Of a stretch of 64,000 nt of DNA, positions 12,401-22,600 are shown piece after piece. The notes under the pieces are model-generated. The model did not search any database. It was not told the origin of the DNA and saw nothing but the letters and a program-made list of their open reading frames with translations. Numbering within the stretch: the first letter of the stretch is position 1; every line of letters begins with the position of its first letter. The position numbers and the translations under genes were made by a program. Origin of the DNA: a virus; the IMG/VR virus record IMGVR_UViG_3300037493_001906, positions 32,001-96,000 of that record; one strand, 5' to 3'.

Positions 12401-12558
12401 GAATTTACATCTACATCAGGTGCTGACATTTTACCTGCCATAATTGGCCAAGGCATAACATTGGAATTGAAACCAAGACCTGCTCTAAGACCTTGCAACT
12501 TTACTTCTGCCCCTGATTTAAGATTAGGCATTCTGGTTATTCTAACTTTTCTTTTCAT
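9406..12558 (-). CDS. Cargo protein (crAss001 C1/gp45-like), 1050 aa
   Basis: EAERGEV...GGKRHYEGGTPLNLPDDSFIFSD N-terminal motif of the type seen in crAss-like cargo protein 1; helical Ala/Gln-rich C-terminus. Confidence 0.7.
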   Translation of the reverse strand: MKRKVRITRMPNLKSGAEVKLQGLRAGLGFNSNVMPWPIMAGKMSAPDVDVNSTIGPVPRNEANLEAERGEVAMTPGAGGIPDTFKIGGKRHYEGGTPLNLPDDSFIFSDTAKMRIKDPAILAQFGMSEKKGGYTPADIAKKYNINKYKKVLADPDTDDLQRSTAEQMIANYNLKLAKLGLIQESKKGFPQGIPSIATPYLESMQIDPSEFVQINPGEGDDETSEGDNMTAAYGGVLQQLQVRKHGGMFDQYEMAYGGLPKAQLGDWIGSALEQTGKALSAPQRMITEAVANPSQLMHPGDFLSNYQNWRTPSEAMGIQSGTGAFLTDLLLDPVNLALLGPEAIAKLGSMGYKAVAKKAAEISARTTGKHVATNIGKSAAELALEHAAIIKKSKLAGKLSKEAKDITNMTEKSKVGQVLYKTGAPATRSNVAAAKAAINTAEKQAVKVSATPIVTRMKASSAARQAVKPASELKDVLNESYLLGTGLGKTIGGINVAANLTGQTRGSQNSQENNALREQANKNLQTISEQEEAIRIKRAADAKAEAERQSLRQALEATNQGQEAARTAEATTQNNEPVVQQKAVPITTDRSGSDDVQVIKKYGGAIDDYFQVGGTKKIKKYQYSPSEDKIRPVYEDDSIGDFEETENVLPEEKYNELVKLYEEAEKESAGDSNKYSPKTQLFQRKYHEYLPNRARKIISADPQKTTYGVNKGLKKYDLEENAEGLFGRRTKQYLADLKKLKIEKAQQKEQQPTTTAGPATTTTTGEPDTTKVSHLNQLQRANPNPAWWLQDIIKTANAASDYATINKYSPWQATTPVYTPTPTYFSPERELAENAEQLNIGAQALSSFTGPQAFNSRYGEMQGKAAEQAANTLGRVNNLNVNLANTFSRENAALMNQAAAIRAQEQTGLYDKNTIANQLFDNSKRQAKNTLVNNYVQAITNRANTASLNSLYPQFAVDPSRGGSLVFHDPRSFKPSDSVRKTYQDYVREAIQGNPQLATASAADLNNAVKLLMMIDAGKVPNDAYAQYKQDKSTVQGYPTAGATFDDEQG

Positions 12559-12563
12559 ATTAA

Positions 12564-15227
12564 TTAGTCTAAGTATTCTATTTGTCCTCCGTTAGCAAGT
12601 ATATTTTGTATTTCATCTTCTGATAATTCATATACATCATCTTGATCAACATCACCACCTTCAGCATATTGACCACCATACCTTGATACATATGAAGGTG
12701 TTATACCTGCCATTGTTCCTGTTGTATATGCATCAGGTGTAAGTGTTCCTGTACCCATGCCAGTAAATACATAATCACCTCTATCAGGTTGTTGCCAAGC
12801 AAGAAACTGATTATCTGCTAAAGTATTCTTTTTTATTTTTTGTTGTATATCATAATTTTCATTAGCATTTGCAAAACCTGTTAATGCATTAGTACCTGCC
12901 ATAATCCAGTTTGCTAATGGTTCACCTGTAATACCTAATTTCTTTTTACCTTTAAGGCTCCAGTCAAAATATTTAGAATCAGGAGATTTACCACTCAATG
13001 GTTCAGGATTGGTTTTAAATTGATCTCCTGTTAGTTGTCCTTGAGGAGCACCAAATGTACCAACTGCAGTAGGAGTTGGTTGATTACCACCCCATGCGTC
13101 TGCATAACCATATCCACTAATAGTATTAGGTCCATTAATAGTATTAGTATTAGTATTTGCTGGAGCTTTATAATGTGGTACTGCATTTTTTTTCCAGGTT
13201 TCAGCAGGAGATTCTGACCAATTTGCATATGGAGCACCTTCACTTTGTGTTGCATATGGTGCACCAACTTGACTATTATACATTTGTGCTTTAGGAAGAC
13301 CACCTAATTTTTTAGTTTGTAAATATGGTGGGACAAGTGTATTATAAACAGGCATACCTGCTGTTCCTGTTGGTTTAGCAATACCTGCTGGTATATTATA
13401 TGGAGTAGGATGTGCTGAAGGAATTGGAGCTGCTTGAGCTGGTTGAGTTTGATCACTCATTTTTGTTCCTTCAAATTCAATTGGATCTAAATGAGATCTA
13501 AACTTGTAAGTTACACTTTTAGGGCCTTTATTAAACAATCTGCCAAGACCAGTACTCATCTTTTCTTCTCTTGATAAGAGATGTGTATCTGATGGATTAT
13601 ACTTAGAAAGTAATTCACTCCAGTTAGCAGAAGTGCCTGTATTACCTCTTGCCTTCCATTTAATATAAGGAGAATAGTTTGTAGGAAAATATCTTAATCC
13701 TTGAGAATCATATTCTCCTTGATTAGAAGTATATTGATTATATCCTTGTTGTTGACCTTGTTGTTGATCTTGAGGTATATCTAATGTTTTCCACTCACCT
13801 GTACGTGGATCATAGAAAGTAGATTTATTTTTTTGACCATAATTAGCTTGAGCAGCTTTAGTTGCTTTATCAATATAATCTTGATATTGTTTATCATAAT
13901 CATTTTTATATTGTAATGAATAAGGACCTTTTTGACCAGTAATTAATCCTACTTGTGCATGTGGAATAAAGTTATTATAAATATCTTGAGTTGTACTACC
14001 AAAATCTTTCCAAGCATTTTTTCTTTGATCATCATATCCTTGAGCTTGATTTATTAAAGCTAATTGATTTTGTGCAGTTGCAGGATTATAATCATTGTAT
14101 GGATTCTGAGTATTATCACTTCCTACTGAAGTACCATATTGAGCATAAGCAGTTTGTTGTTCTTCTTGTTCAGTTTGATAAGTAGGATTATTAAAATATT
14201 CTGGTATTACTGATTGTATATGTTGTTGAGCTTCTTGTTGTGCTTCTTTTTGTAAATTAACTAAAGCATTATTTTGAAGATTAGATACAAAAGCATTACG
14301 GTATTGTTCAAGATAATCATCTTGACTATCTCCATCTGCTGAACCACCCTTTTGTTTTCTAGATAATTTCTTTACACCACCTTGTTTAAGATAAGTATTA
14401 CCCATTCCTACATTACCACCATATTGATTAGCTGATCCATCTGAGCTACCACCATCTTGCATATAACCACCACAGTTCATACAAGGCATGTCATTAGCTC
14501 CATCTGGTAATCCTCCACCTACATTATAACTAGGAACATATGGAGTGTGAGCATGTATCCAAGCATCTACTGGTTGCTGAGGAAAAGCAATCTCATCAGT
14601 TAATCCACCTTCTTCATAAAATCCAAAAGGAGTATTAGGTTTCCACCCACTATTATAAAAATGATTAGCAGTAGGCTGTTGAGGAAAAGCTACTTCATCT
14701 GTGTATCCACCATAAGCCATTTGAGGACCTTCCATTTGTTCTTCTTCAGGACCTTGTTGTTGCATAGGTTCTTGAGCTTCTTGCTCTGGAGATTCTTGTG
14801 GTTCACCTTGTGCTTGTTGAGGAGAAGGATGTTGTTGTAGATACTGTATTGTAGTTTGTAATATCTTAGTAGCTTGATCTTGAGGTACACCCATCTTTAC
14901 AAGTTCTTGTAGTATTTGTTGAGGCTGGGCACCTTGTTGAAGTTGTTGAGCAATTTTAGCCATCAACTGTTGCATTTGTGCATCTTGTTGATTTCCTCCA
15001 TCTTGATAAAAACCAAAGGGAACATTGGGTCTAAAACCTTCTGAGTAAAATTTATTGGCTGTCGGTTGTTGTGGAAAACCTACTTCATTAGTAAGTCCAC
15101 CCATTGCCATTTGTTTACCATATTTTGCCATAAAGACTTGTTCATCAGGATATTGACTATAAAAAGATTTTCTACCTTGTGGGGTATCAGGAAATCCTGC
15201 TGCCTTTAACATTTGTGCTGCTGTCAT
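12564..15227 (-). CDS. Gln-rich virion cargo-like protein with FPQQP repeats and xxGG motifs, 887 aa
   Basis: Long low-complexity ORF with three E(V/I)xFPQQP repeats. Confidence 0.65.
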   Translation of the reverse strand: MTAAQMLKAAGFPDTPQGRKSFYSQYPDEQVFMAKYGKQMAMGGLTNEVGFPQQPTANKFYSEGFRPNVPFGFYQDGGNQQDAQMQQLMAKIAQQLQQGAQPQQILQELVKMGVPQDQATKILQTTIQYLQQHPSPQQAQGEPQESPEQEAQEPMQQQGPEEEQMEGPQMAYGGYTDEVAFPQQPTANHFYNSGWKPNTPFGFYEEGGLTDEIAFPQQPVDAWIHAHTPYVPSYNVGGGLPDGANDMPCMNCGGYMQDGGSSDGSANQYGGNVGMGNTYLKQGGVKKLSRKQKGGSADGDSQDDYLEQYRNAFVSNLQNNALVNLQKEAQQEAQQHIQSVIPEYFNNPTYQTEQEEQQTAYAQYGTSVGSDNTQNPYNDYNPATAQNQLALINQAQGYDDQRKNAWKDFGSTTQDIYNNFIPHAQVGLITGQKGPYSLQYKNDYDKQYQDYIDKATKAAQANYGQKNKSTFYDPRTGEWKTLDIPQDQQQGQQQGYNQYTSNQGEYDSQGLRYFPTNYSPYIKWKARGNTGTSANWSELLSKYNPSDTHLLSREEKMSTGLGRLFNKGPKSVTYKFRSHLDPIEFEGTKMSDQTQPAQAAPIPSAHPTPYNIPAGIAKPTGTAGMPVYNTLVPPYLQTKKLGGLPKAQMYNSQVGAPYATQSEGAPYANWSESPAETWKKNAVPHYKAPANTNTNTINGPNTISGYGYADAWGGNQPTPTAVGTFGAPQGQLTGDQFKTNPEPLSGKSPDSKYFDWSLKGKKKLGITGEPLANWIMAGTNALTGFANANENYDIQQKIKKNTLADNQFLAWQQPDRGDYVFTGMGTGTLTPDAYTTGTMAGITPSYVSRYGGQYAEGGDVDQDDVYELSEDEIQNILANGGQIEYLD

Positions 15228-15279
15228 GTGATATATTTTATGCTACTAATTTACAAATTTATTTTTAAACATTATAAGT

Positions 15280-18200
15280 TTATTCATATTTACTAAGCCA
15301 TCCTATAGATCCACCTAATTTTTTAGTAGGTATGGCTAAACCTGCACCTGTTTTTTTATTAGTGTTAAAATCATACCAGGTCTTATTATTAAGCTTTCCA
15401 TTTTTACTTCCTGGTTTAGCAGAATAACTACCTAAATCATGATAAGTAATAATTAAATCATCAGGTTTTATTTTATAGTCTTTTATAATTTGTTCTGCTT
15501 GACTTTTAATTTGAGTTAAACTTCCTGCAAAATCAATTGCAAGATTTTTACCATCTATTAAATAAGTAACAGATCCTCCTCCAAATTTACCATAAGCATC
15601 TTTACCTAAACCTTTAGCAAATATAAAAAATGTATTCTGTTTATCTTTTGTTTGTAAAGTAGAAATGGAACTATTAAATCCTACAGGTTGAGCAGCACTA
15701 TTCCAATCAATATCAGTAAATCTATATTGTCGTAATTCATCAGCAATTTTATCTCCCTTGGTTATTTCACTTTCTTTTTTATATTTTATATTTACTTTAC
15801 CATCTGGTTTTTTTGTATATGTAGTATAATAAGGATCTTTAACAGTACTACCAGGATTGTTTGCTTTATGATTTTTTAAAGAAGAAGGAATAACACTTCC
15901 ATCTTTATTATATTTAATATTTTTATGCATAACAAATGTTGCACTATTTTTTTCATCTTCTAGTGCTTTATCTTTTGTTATATCATAATCATATAAAAAG
16001 TGTGCAATTCCAGCAACATTGTTATATTCAGATTCACTATCTAATCTTGCTGTAGGAATATAATCAAAACCTTTATCATTATCAAATACATTTATATATG
16101 AAATATATCCTTCCTTGGTTCTACTTAATTCTTTATATTGTGGAGTAACATTAATTTTATTATTTTTTGATTGTGTTGTATTTTGTGCAGTATTTTGTAC
16201 TGTTGTTACAACTTTATTTTGTACCTTCTCTGTTGCTTTATCTTTAGAAGCATCACCTGCTCCATACTTAATCCAAGCTCTATCTATAATTGCAGGAATA
16301 GATTCAATATTTTTATTTACTGTATTTAATATTTCACCTGATTCTTTTTGAGCATATTCTAATCCAGAAATAATATTGTCTAATATTGATGGTTCTGAAA
16401 CATTAATTGTTGAAGTAACCTTTTTAGGTGTAGTTTTAACAGTAGATTGAGGTTGAGATTTTACTGGTGTAGGAGCTGGTGTATTAGTTTTTGGAACAAC
16501 AACTTTTGTTTGTGTTACAGGTTTAACTACAGGCTTAGTTGATACAGGTGGTGTAGTAGGTTTTACTACAGGTTTAACAGTAGGCTTAACTACTGGTTGG
16601 GTTGGTGCAGTTACTCTTACTACTGGCTTTTCTGCAGGCTGTTCTACAACAACAGTTTTTTTCCTTAATATTGGAGCTTTCTTTCTTACTAAAGGTGTAG
16701 GTTCTATTACATCTTCTTTAATAGGTCTTGCTTCTATTCTTGGAATCAAAGTCATATCAGGATCTCTTACTACAACTGGCTCTGGTGTTTTAGCAGAATT
16801 TTTATAAGCCCATGATGTATCTAAATCTGGTGTTCTTTGATCTGAAGGTCTTCCTGCTGCTATTGGATTTTTAGAACTACCATATACAGTAGGATCAAGA
16901 TATACTTTACCATCTTGACCCATATAAGAACCTCCACCTTGATAAGTATCTAACCAACCACCTAATTTTTTGTCAGGAACAAGATAGTCAGGACCTATTT
17001 CTTCACTTCTTAAATACTCTCTTCCTTCTGGAGATTCTGCTGCTCTTGCTTCTCCTTCTGCTGTCCAAAAAGAACCATACATATCAGGATTAACTTGATA
17101 ATTATATACAGCTTCTGGATCTGCAAATTGAAAAGATGGATTGTCCATTAAAAATTGATTAGTTAATTCTTCTTGATCTACCATCCTTCTATTAAAATAA
17201 GGATAGTCAGCATCTACTTCAGTTATAGCAGGAGCTTTTCTAGCTAAACCATAAGGATCATATTCTGGTATTCTTAATCTACCTGCTAGAGCTTGTTGTC
17301 TATGATATAACTCATGTATCATATCTTTGTCACCTCTGTCTTTACTTAAGTATATAGTATCAGATTGAGGTTCATATGATGCATTACCTTCTTGGTCTCT
17401 TATTATAAAAGGACCACCACCTTGATAAATAGGACCATCTGTTTTACCACCTGGTCCAAATTTATCTATTGTACCACCATAAGCTTTTTTATTTTTAGAT
17501 TGATAATCTAGTAAGGCAGCTTTAGTTTCATTTCCATATATACCATCATATGTACCATATTTATTAGTAGATTTAGGTAATTTATATCCTCTATTACTTA
17601 ATTCTTTTTGTAATGCTTGTGTATCAAAATCTTTTTTATTAGAATCTAAAGCAGATAATTCTTTGTTTGTATAATAAACTTTATTATAGTTTGCTTTTCT
17701 TCCCAAAGAAAAAATTTCATCCTGTATTGAAGATATATCTTCATAGTTTTTTTGTGATAAGGTATTAAGTTTTTCCCAGGACATACCATTTGGTGTAGTA
17801 GTATTGTCTAAATGCTTATAATATTCTTTTTGTATTTTATTTAATTTATCAAGTTTTATTTTATTTTTTTCTAATTGATTTTTTATTTCTATATTATCAT
17901 TATAATATATTCTATCATAGACCTCATAAGGTTTTCCTATCCCCATAGAAATATCTTCTGTCTTAAAATTAAAGTTTGAATATCTTCCTTTATATGGATT
18001 TAAATCATAAGTGTCATAATAAGAAAAATATTTTCCTCGTTTATCTTCTCCTCTATTTACTGTAAATTGACCAAGAATACCTGAATCATCAGTCATTTGA
18101 AAACTACCTTTATGTTTAGATGCTTCTTTTAATAAGTTTTCAGTAAAAAAGTCATCTTGAATATTATAATATATTGGGGTATTATTAGTTTTTGTAATTG

Positions 18201-19680
18201 TTGGTTTATACTTAGATACTCCAAAAGTATTACCTTTTTGGGGTTTTCCTAAATATAAATTCAAAGCATCATCACCAGAAGGATCATAATATTTTAAACC
18301 ATTATCTTGCAAACCTTTTTCAGAATTATTATTAACAACAGCATTTAAAACTCTTTTTACAGGCTCTAAAATATTTCCATCTCCTGTTATATACTCATTC
18401 TTTATATTTTTAGAAATCCTATCTCTTACAAAATTATTTGGTAATAGTTGTTGATTAGTAATTCCTGTTTCTTTTAATTGTTGTGCAGGAGTACCAGCAT
18501 AATTAGTATTAAATCTTTGATTATTATACATAAACTCTTTTTCTCCTGCTTTTCTTGCAGCACTAAAAGCTTGCCCTTTTGTTTTATATTTAGAATAATC
18601 TTCTACTCCCCAGTTATAAGGATTTATCCAACTAGGTATAAATTCACCTAACTGAGCTTTAGGTAGAGAAATGTCACCACCATAAGCTTTATTAGAAGTA
18701 TCATAAATAAGTTCACCAATTTCTGTAGCAAGAACTCCTCTATTTGCATTTAAAGCTTTTTTTACAACAGGATTAGTTATAAACTTTGATAGTCCAAATC
18801 TTTGTGCGGTAAGAGGAAAATAAAATCCAGATTTAGATACTGCAGGACTACCAATGTTTGCTAGTGTTTGTGCAAATGTATTTGGTGTTACATTAGCAAT
18901 TGCTCTTTTATAACCTTGACTAGCTAAAGCACTTCCCAAACCAACACCAGTTAGATTGCCAACCATACTATTATAATCTTTGTCTTTATAGTTATAGTAT
19001 GCTTGATCTGCATCAACAGCAGCACCTAATGTATTTCCTAACCAACCAATTCCTTGAGCAATTGGATGTGGTATAAATTGACCAAGTTGCATTATATCTG
19101 TAGCAATATCTAATGGATATAATATATTTTTTTGTATATTTTTTGTATAAATTTCAGATTTTGCATCTTGATTTATTAAATCTTGTAATTCTTTAGTTCT
19201 ATTGTAGGGGCCAACAAAAGTTTGATTATTATGCAGACGTATATCTTTATCTCTTTGTTCTATTTGACGTACTTTATTTTCTATATTAGTATTTGTTTTA
19301 TCTTTTTTAATTATATATCCTGGTTGAGCTTTAGGTAAATTATCTAGCCATCCTCCATTTTTAGCAACAGGTGTTTCTTTAACATAGGGAGTGCCCATAT
19401 TATGCATACCTGAATAAGGAGGAAGATATTGCCCATTAGCCATTAATGGTATCCCAGTCTGAGACATATCTATCATACCTGTTGGAGTATGAATGTCAAT
19501 AGAAGATCTATCTCTGTATGGTGAGTCATCTCTATAACCCATCATACTAAGTTCATCATCAAAAGCATTTAACCAATCTTCAGTAGAAGAGTGACCAATG
19601 ACTTTCTTTTTATCTTTAGGTATACTCTTATTAGATTTTGCATTCCTAAAATCTTCTGAAAATTGATTTTTATTTCCCAT
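15280..19680 (-). CDS. Modular (polyvalent-like) virion protein with a peptidoglycan-binding-like domain and an HExxH motif, 1466 aa
   Basis: ALQKELSNRGY...DGIYGNETKAALLDYQ resembles PG_binding_1. HELYH lies at 17302-17316. Modules are separated by K-x-x-GG linkers. Confidence 0.7.
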   Translation of the reverse strand: MGNKNQFSEDFRNAKSNKSIPKDKKKVIGHSSTEDWLNAFDDELSMMGYRDDSPYRDRSSIDIHTPTGMIDMSQTGIPLMANGQYLPPYSGMHNMGTPYVKETPVAKNGGWLDNLPKAQPGYIIKKDKTNTNIENKVRQIEQRDKDIRLHNNQTFVGPYNRTKELQDLINQDAKSEIYTKNIQKNILYPLDIATDIMQLGQFIPHPIAQGIGWLGNTLGAAVDADQAYYNYKDKDYNSMVGNLTGVGLGSALASQGYKRAIANVTPNTFAQTLANIGSPAVSKSGFYFPLTAQRFGLSKFITNPVVKKALNANRGVLATEIGELIYDTSNKAYGGDISLPKAQLGEFIPSWINPYNWGVEDYSKYKTKGQAFSAARKAGEKEFMYNNQRFNTNYAGTPAQQLKETGITNQQLLPNNFVRDRISKNIKNEYITGDGNILEPVKRVLNAVVNNNSEKGLQDNGLKYYDPSGDDALNLYLGKPQKGNTFGVSKYKPTITKTNNTPIYYNIQDDFFTENLLKEASKHKGSFQMTDDSGILGQFTVNRGEDKRGKYFSYYDTYDLNPYKGRYSNFNFKTEDISMGIGKPYEVYDRIYYNDNIEIKNQLEKNKIKLDKLNKIQKEYYKHLDNTTTPNGMSWEKLNTLSQKNYEDISSIQDEIFSLGRKANYNKVYYTNKELSALDSNKKDFDTQALQKELSNRGYKLPKSTNKYGTYDGIYGNETKAALLDYQSKNKKAYGGTIDKFGPGGKTDGPIYQGGGPFIIRDQEGNASYEPQSDTIYLSKDRGDKDMIHELYHRQQALAGRLRIPEYDPYGLARKAPAITEVDADYPYFNRRMVDQEELTNQFLMDNPSFQFADPEAVYNYQVNPDMYGSFWTAEGEARAAESPEGREYLRSEEIGPDYLVPDKKLGGWLDTYQGGGSYMGQDGKVYLDPTVYGSSKNPIAAGRPSDQRTPDLDTSWAYKNSAKTPEPVVVRDPDMTLIPRIEARPIKEDVIEPTPLVRKKAPILRKKTVVVEQPAEKPVVRVTAPTQPVVKPTVKPVVKPTTPPVSTKPVVKPVTQTKVVVPKTNTPAPTPVKSQPQSTVKTTPKKVTSTINVSEPSILDNIISGLEYAQKESGEILNTVNKNIESIPAIIDRAWIKYGAGDASKDKATEKVQNKVVTTVQNTAQNTTQSKNNKINVTPQYKELSRTKEGYISYINVFDNDKGFDYIPTARLDSESEYNNVAGIAHFLYDYDITKDKALEDEKNSATFVMHKNIKYNKDGSVIPSSLKNHKANNPGSTVKDPYYTTYTKKPDGKVNIKYKKESEITKGDKIADELRQYRFTDIDWNSAAQPVGFNSSISTLQTKDKQNTFFIFAKGLGKDAYGKFGGGSVTYLIDGKNLAIDFAGSLTQIKSQAEQIIKDYKIKPDDLIITYHDLGSYSAKPGSKNGKLNNKTWYDFNTNKKTGAGLAIPTKKLGGSIGWLSKYE

Positions 19681-19681
19681 A

Positions 19682-22600
19682 TTATCTTGGCGAGTAAAGT
19701 TCTTTATTATTTGTTAGAATCACAAGCATTTTGTAAGGATTACCATTTGGATACTTTGTATTATCATTAACAGGATCTTTTCTTAACCAAACTGTATTAG
19801 TATAATGTCTGAATTTTTTTCTTTCAAAAAAGTCTTTAGCATAATTAAGATTAACTGTATTTAAAGTTCTAGCATAACCATTAGCCCCAGTATTCCAAAT
19901 CATTCTCTCTGCAAAACCAGGAATATTAGGATTAAAATATTCACCTCTGTCATCAGTAATATCCCAGAACTGATTAAACCTATACTTGTTTTCTTCTTTA
20001 GAATAGAGTATATCTATTACATTAGAACCAATAATTGGATAGGTAGTAATAAGTTGAGGATCTTTTTTAATTGCTGTAGAAAGATTTAATCTTAAGTATC
20101 CTGAAACCTGTTCAGTATTGTAAATAACAGCCTTGTCAAAATTATAATCAAGCACATGGAATCTATCAAACCCATTAGTATCATACTTGTAACATTCAAG
20201 TTGATACTCAATGCTTCTTAGAGTATTAACAGTTTGTACAGTATTAACCATATACTCTACTTCAAATGGATAGTTAATACCATAATAATTACAATAGCTT
20301 TGATAAGCTAAATTGTGTATCCATATTCCATTGTTATGAGTAGTCAAAAATGTATTCTTACCAGGGATAACCAAGTCAGGATGCCAATCATGATAACTTA
20401 TCCAAGAACCAATTTTAGGATCATAACTAATAGTCCAAGAAGCATCTTCAAAATAAAGTTGCCATACAGGAATTGGAGGTTGTCCTTGTATTGGATTTGG
20501 AACTAATTGAGTATCATCTCCAAGTTTAATAGCAAACATATAAGCATTATTCATATATATATTAAAGGTATTGTCTTTTAATATATCATCATATTGAACA
20601 GTTATAGATGCAGGTAAATCTGTTCTTAAGCTATAATCTTTCTTGGTAAAGTAAAGTAGACCATTTTGATTATCATAGATACTTTGTGTTCCTACACCAA
20701 TAACAGGATTGTTAGTTAATGCAAAATTTGGAAATTGTTGAACAAGTTTAAAGGGGAGGTAGAGAACTAACCACCACTTGATGTCATTCATTGAAAGCTC
20801 ATTAAGCGAGTTAGTATAGGAAAATATTTTCCCTTGGTTTTGGCTAATCCAATAAATACCCATTGGAGTATTAATTACACTTAATCTGTCTTGACAAGAA
20901 GCAAACTCATATGGCCTATCTGCATTAGTTATACTTTGTAAAGGTTGACTAAATAATCCACCATCACCAATAACAAGTTTAGTACCTAATCCAGTTTCTA
21001 AAGTATCTGTACCTTGGAACATAACAGGACTTTGAGATTCAAAGAATATCATAGCCCCACTTTTATTAATAGGTTTTATACAAGTTAATGTTGATTCAAA
21101 GTCTTTATAATTATTAATTAAGAATATACTCCAGTTATCTCTAAGACTTTCATACTGATTTGGTAAAGAATAAATAACTCTATTCTTACTATACACATAA
21201 CAGTCTTCTGCTAATACAGGATTATAATTATATCTTTGGGTTGCTGCCCAAGAAACATAATTTAAAAATAACTTAGAATAACTTAGACTTTGATCATACT
21301 TATAATAATTAGTAGCTTTTATAATACCTGTATTAAATAAGATATTTGTATCATCATAATAACCTGGGTCATAAAATCTTTCAGTATCTAATTCTCCCCA
21401 ATCTCTTTGAGCAAGATTGATTTCAGTTTCTACATAAAAATCTTTTACTCCAGAATTAAATAAGTAGAACCATGCATATTCCATAGAAAAGGAAAGTGAT
21501 GTAAAATTAGGTAGTACAACCCATGTTCCTGGCGTATTACTTACATCATCTAAACTATAATAACTACTAGGAGTAACAATAGCATTAGGATTAAATGTAT
21601 TAAAAAAAGTACCCATTGATGAGGTAAAATCTCCAGTTTGAAATTGATTAAAGTTTGCCCAATATCTTGGATAAGGAATCATTTCATTTTTAGTATAATC
21701 AAATTGTGTTCCATCAGGTTCACCATACATCCAATTATAAAAATAGAAGAATGTGTTTTTTTCAGTATACCTTCCTACATAAGTATCTCCACCAAATAAA
21801 GTTCCTGTAGTTGAATTAAGATTTAATACACCTGTTCTTGGATTAGGAATATATAAAGGTGTAGTACATGTTGAAACAGGAATAAGAGATATACTATTAA
21901 TTTGACCATATTGATTTATTAACCTTTGTTTTAATGAAGCATAGTGAGAAGATGCTGTTTGAGGTCTTGTTCCTTTTGGATATGTAGCTAATCTAAAGTT
22001 TACATCTGAACTATAATCTGCAGGATTCTGAGAAGAAAAAGATTGTTTAGATGGATTTTTTACCTGAAGGTTATTAAAGATTGAAGGCTCTGCTAAAGCC
22101 ACAACATCTGTAACTCTTATTCTACTAAAATCACCTGTATCAGGATTTTTTAATGTATTGCCAGTTTGAATAGCTACATAATTAGACCTATATAAATTAT
22201 TAATTCTGTAAGTAGAATTAAATGTTGCAATTTGAGGACCAATATATTGTGCATGATTAATAACCCTTCTTCTATCACCAGTTGTAGGTATTGCATAATC
22301 TGTATATAAACAATGTGAATGATACCTTAATGCATAATCTTTATAACTAATAACAGCTTTAAAAAAGTTTAATGCAGTGTCTGTACCTTGAGTAAAGTAA
22401 TTAAAAAATAAAGGAATATTAGCCGTTAAAGCACTCACACTTGCCATGGGCATGTTTTGATATGCCCCATCTGCTTGTTCAATGTTTACTGAACCAGTGT
22501 TTAATCCATTATGTGTTGCTGTTTCTACATTATAGGCTTTATTTAAACCATTATATATAAAAGTATCATCAGATTTTCCTAATAAATTATTTGACCATGA

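Noticed and set aside
15400-15700. NAGPA/phosphodiester-glycosidase-like identity for the last module of the 1466-aa protein (FGGGS, HDLGSYS)
   Set aside because: The resemblance is only a few residues; needs a profile search.
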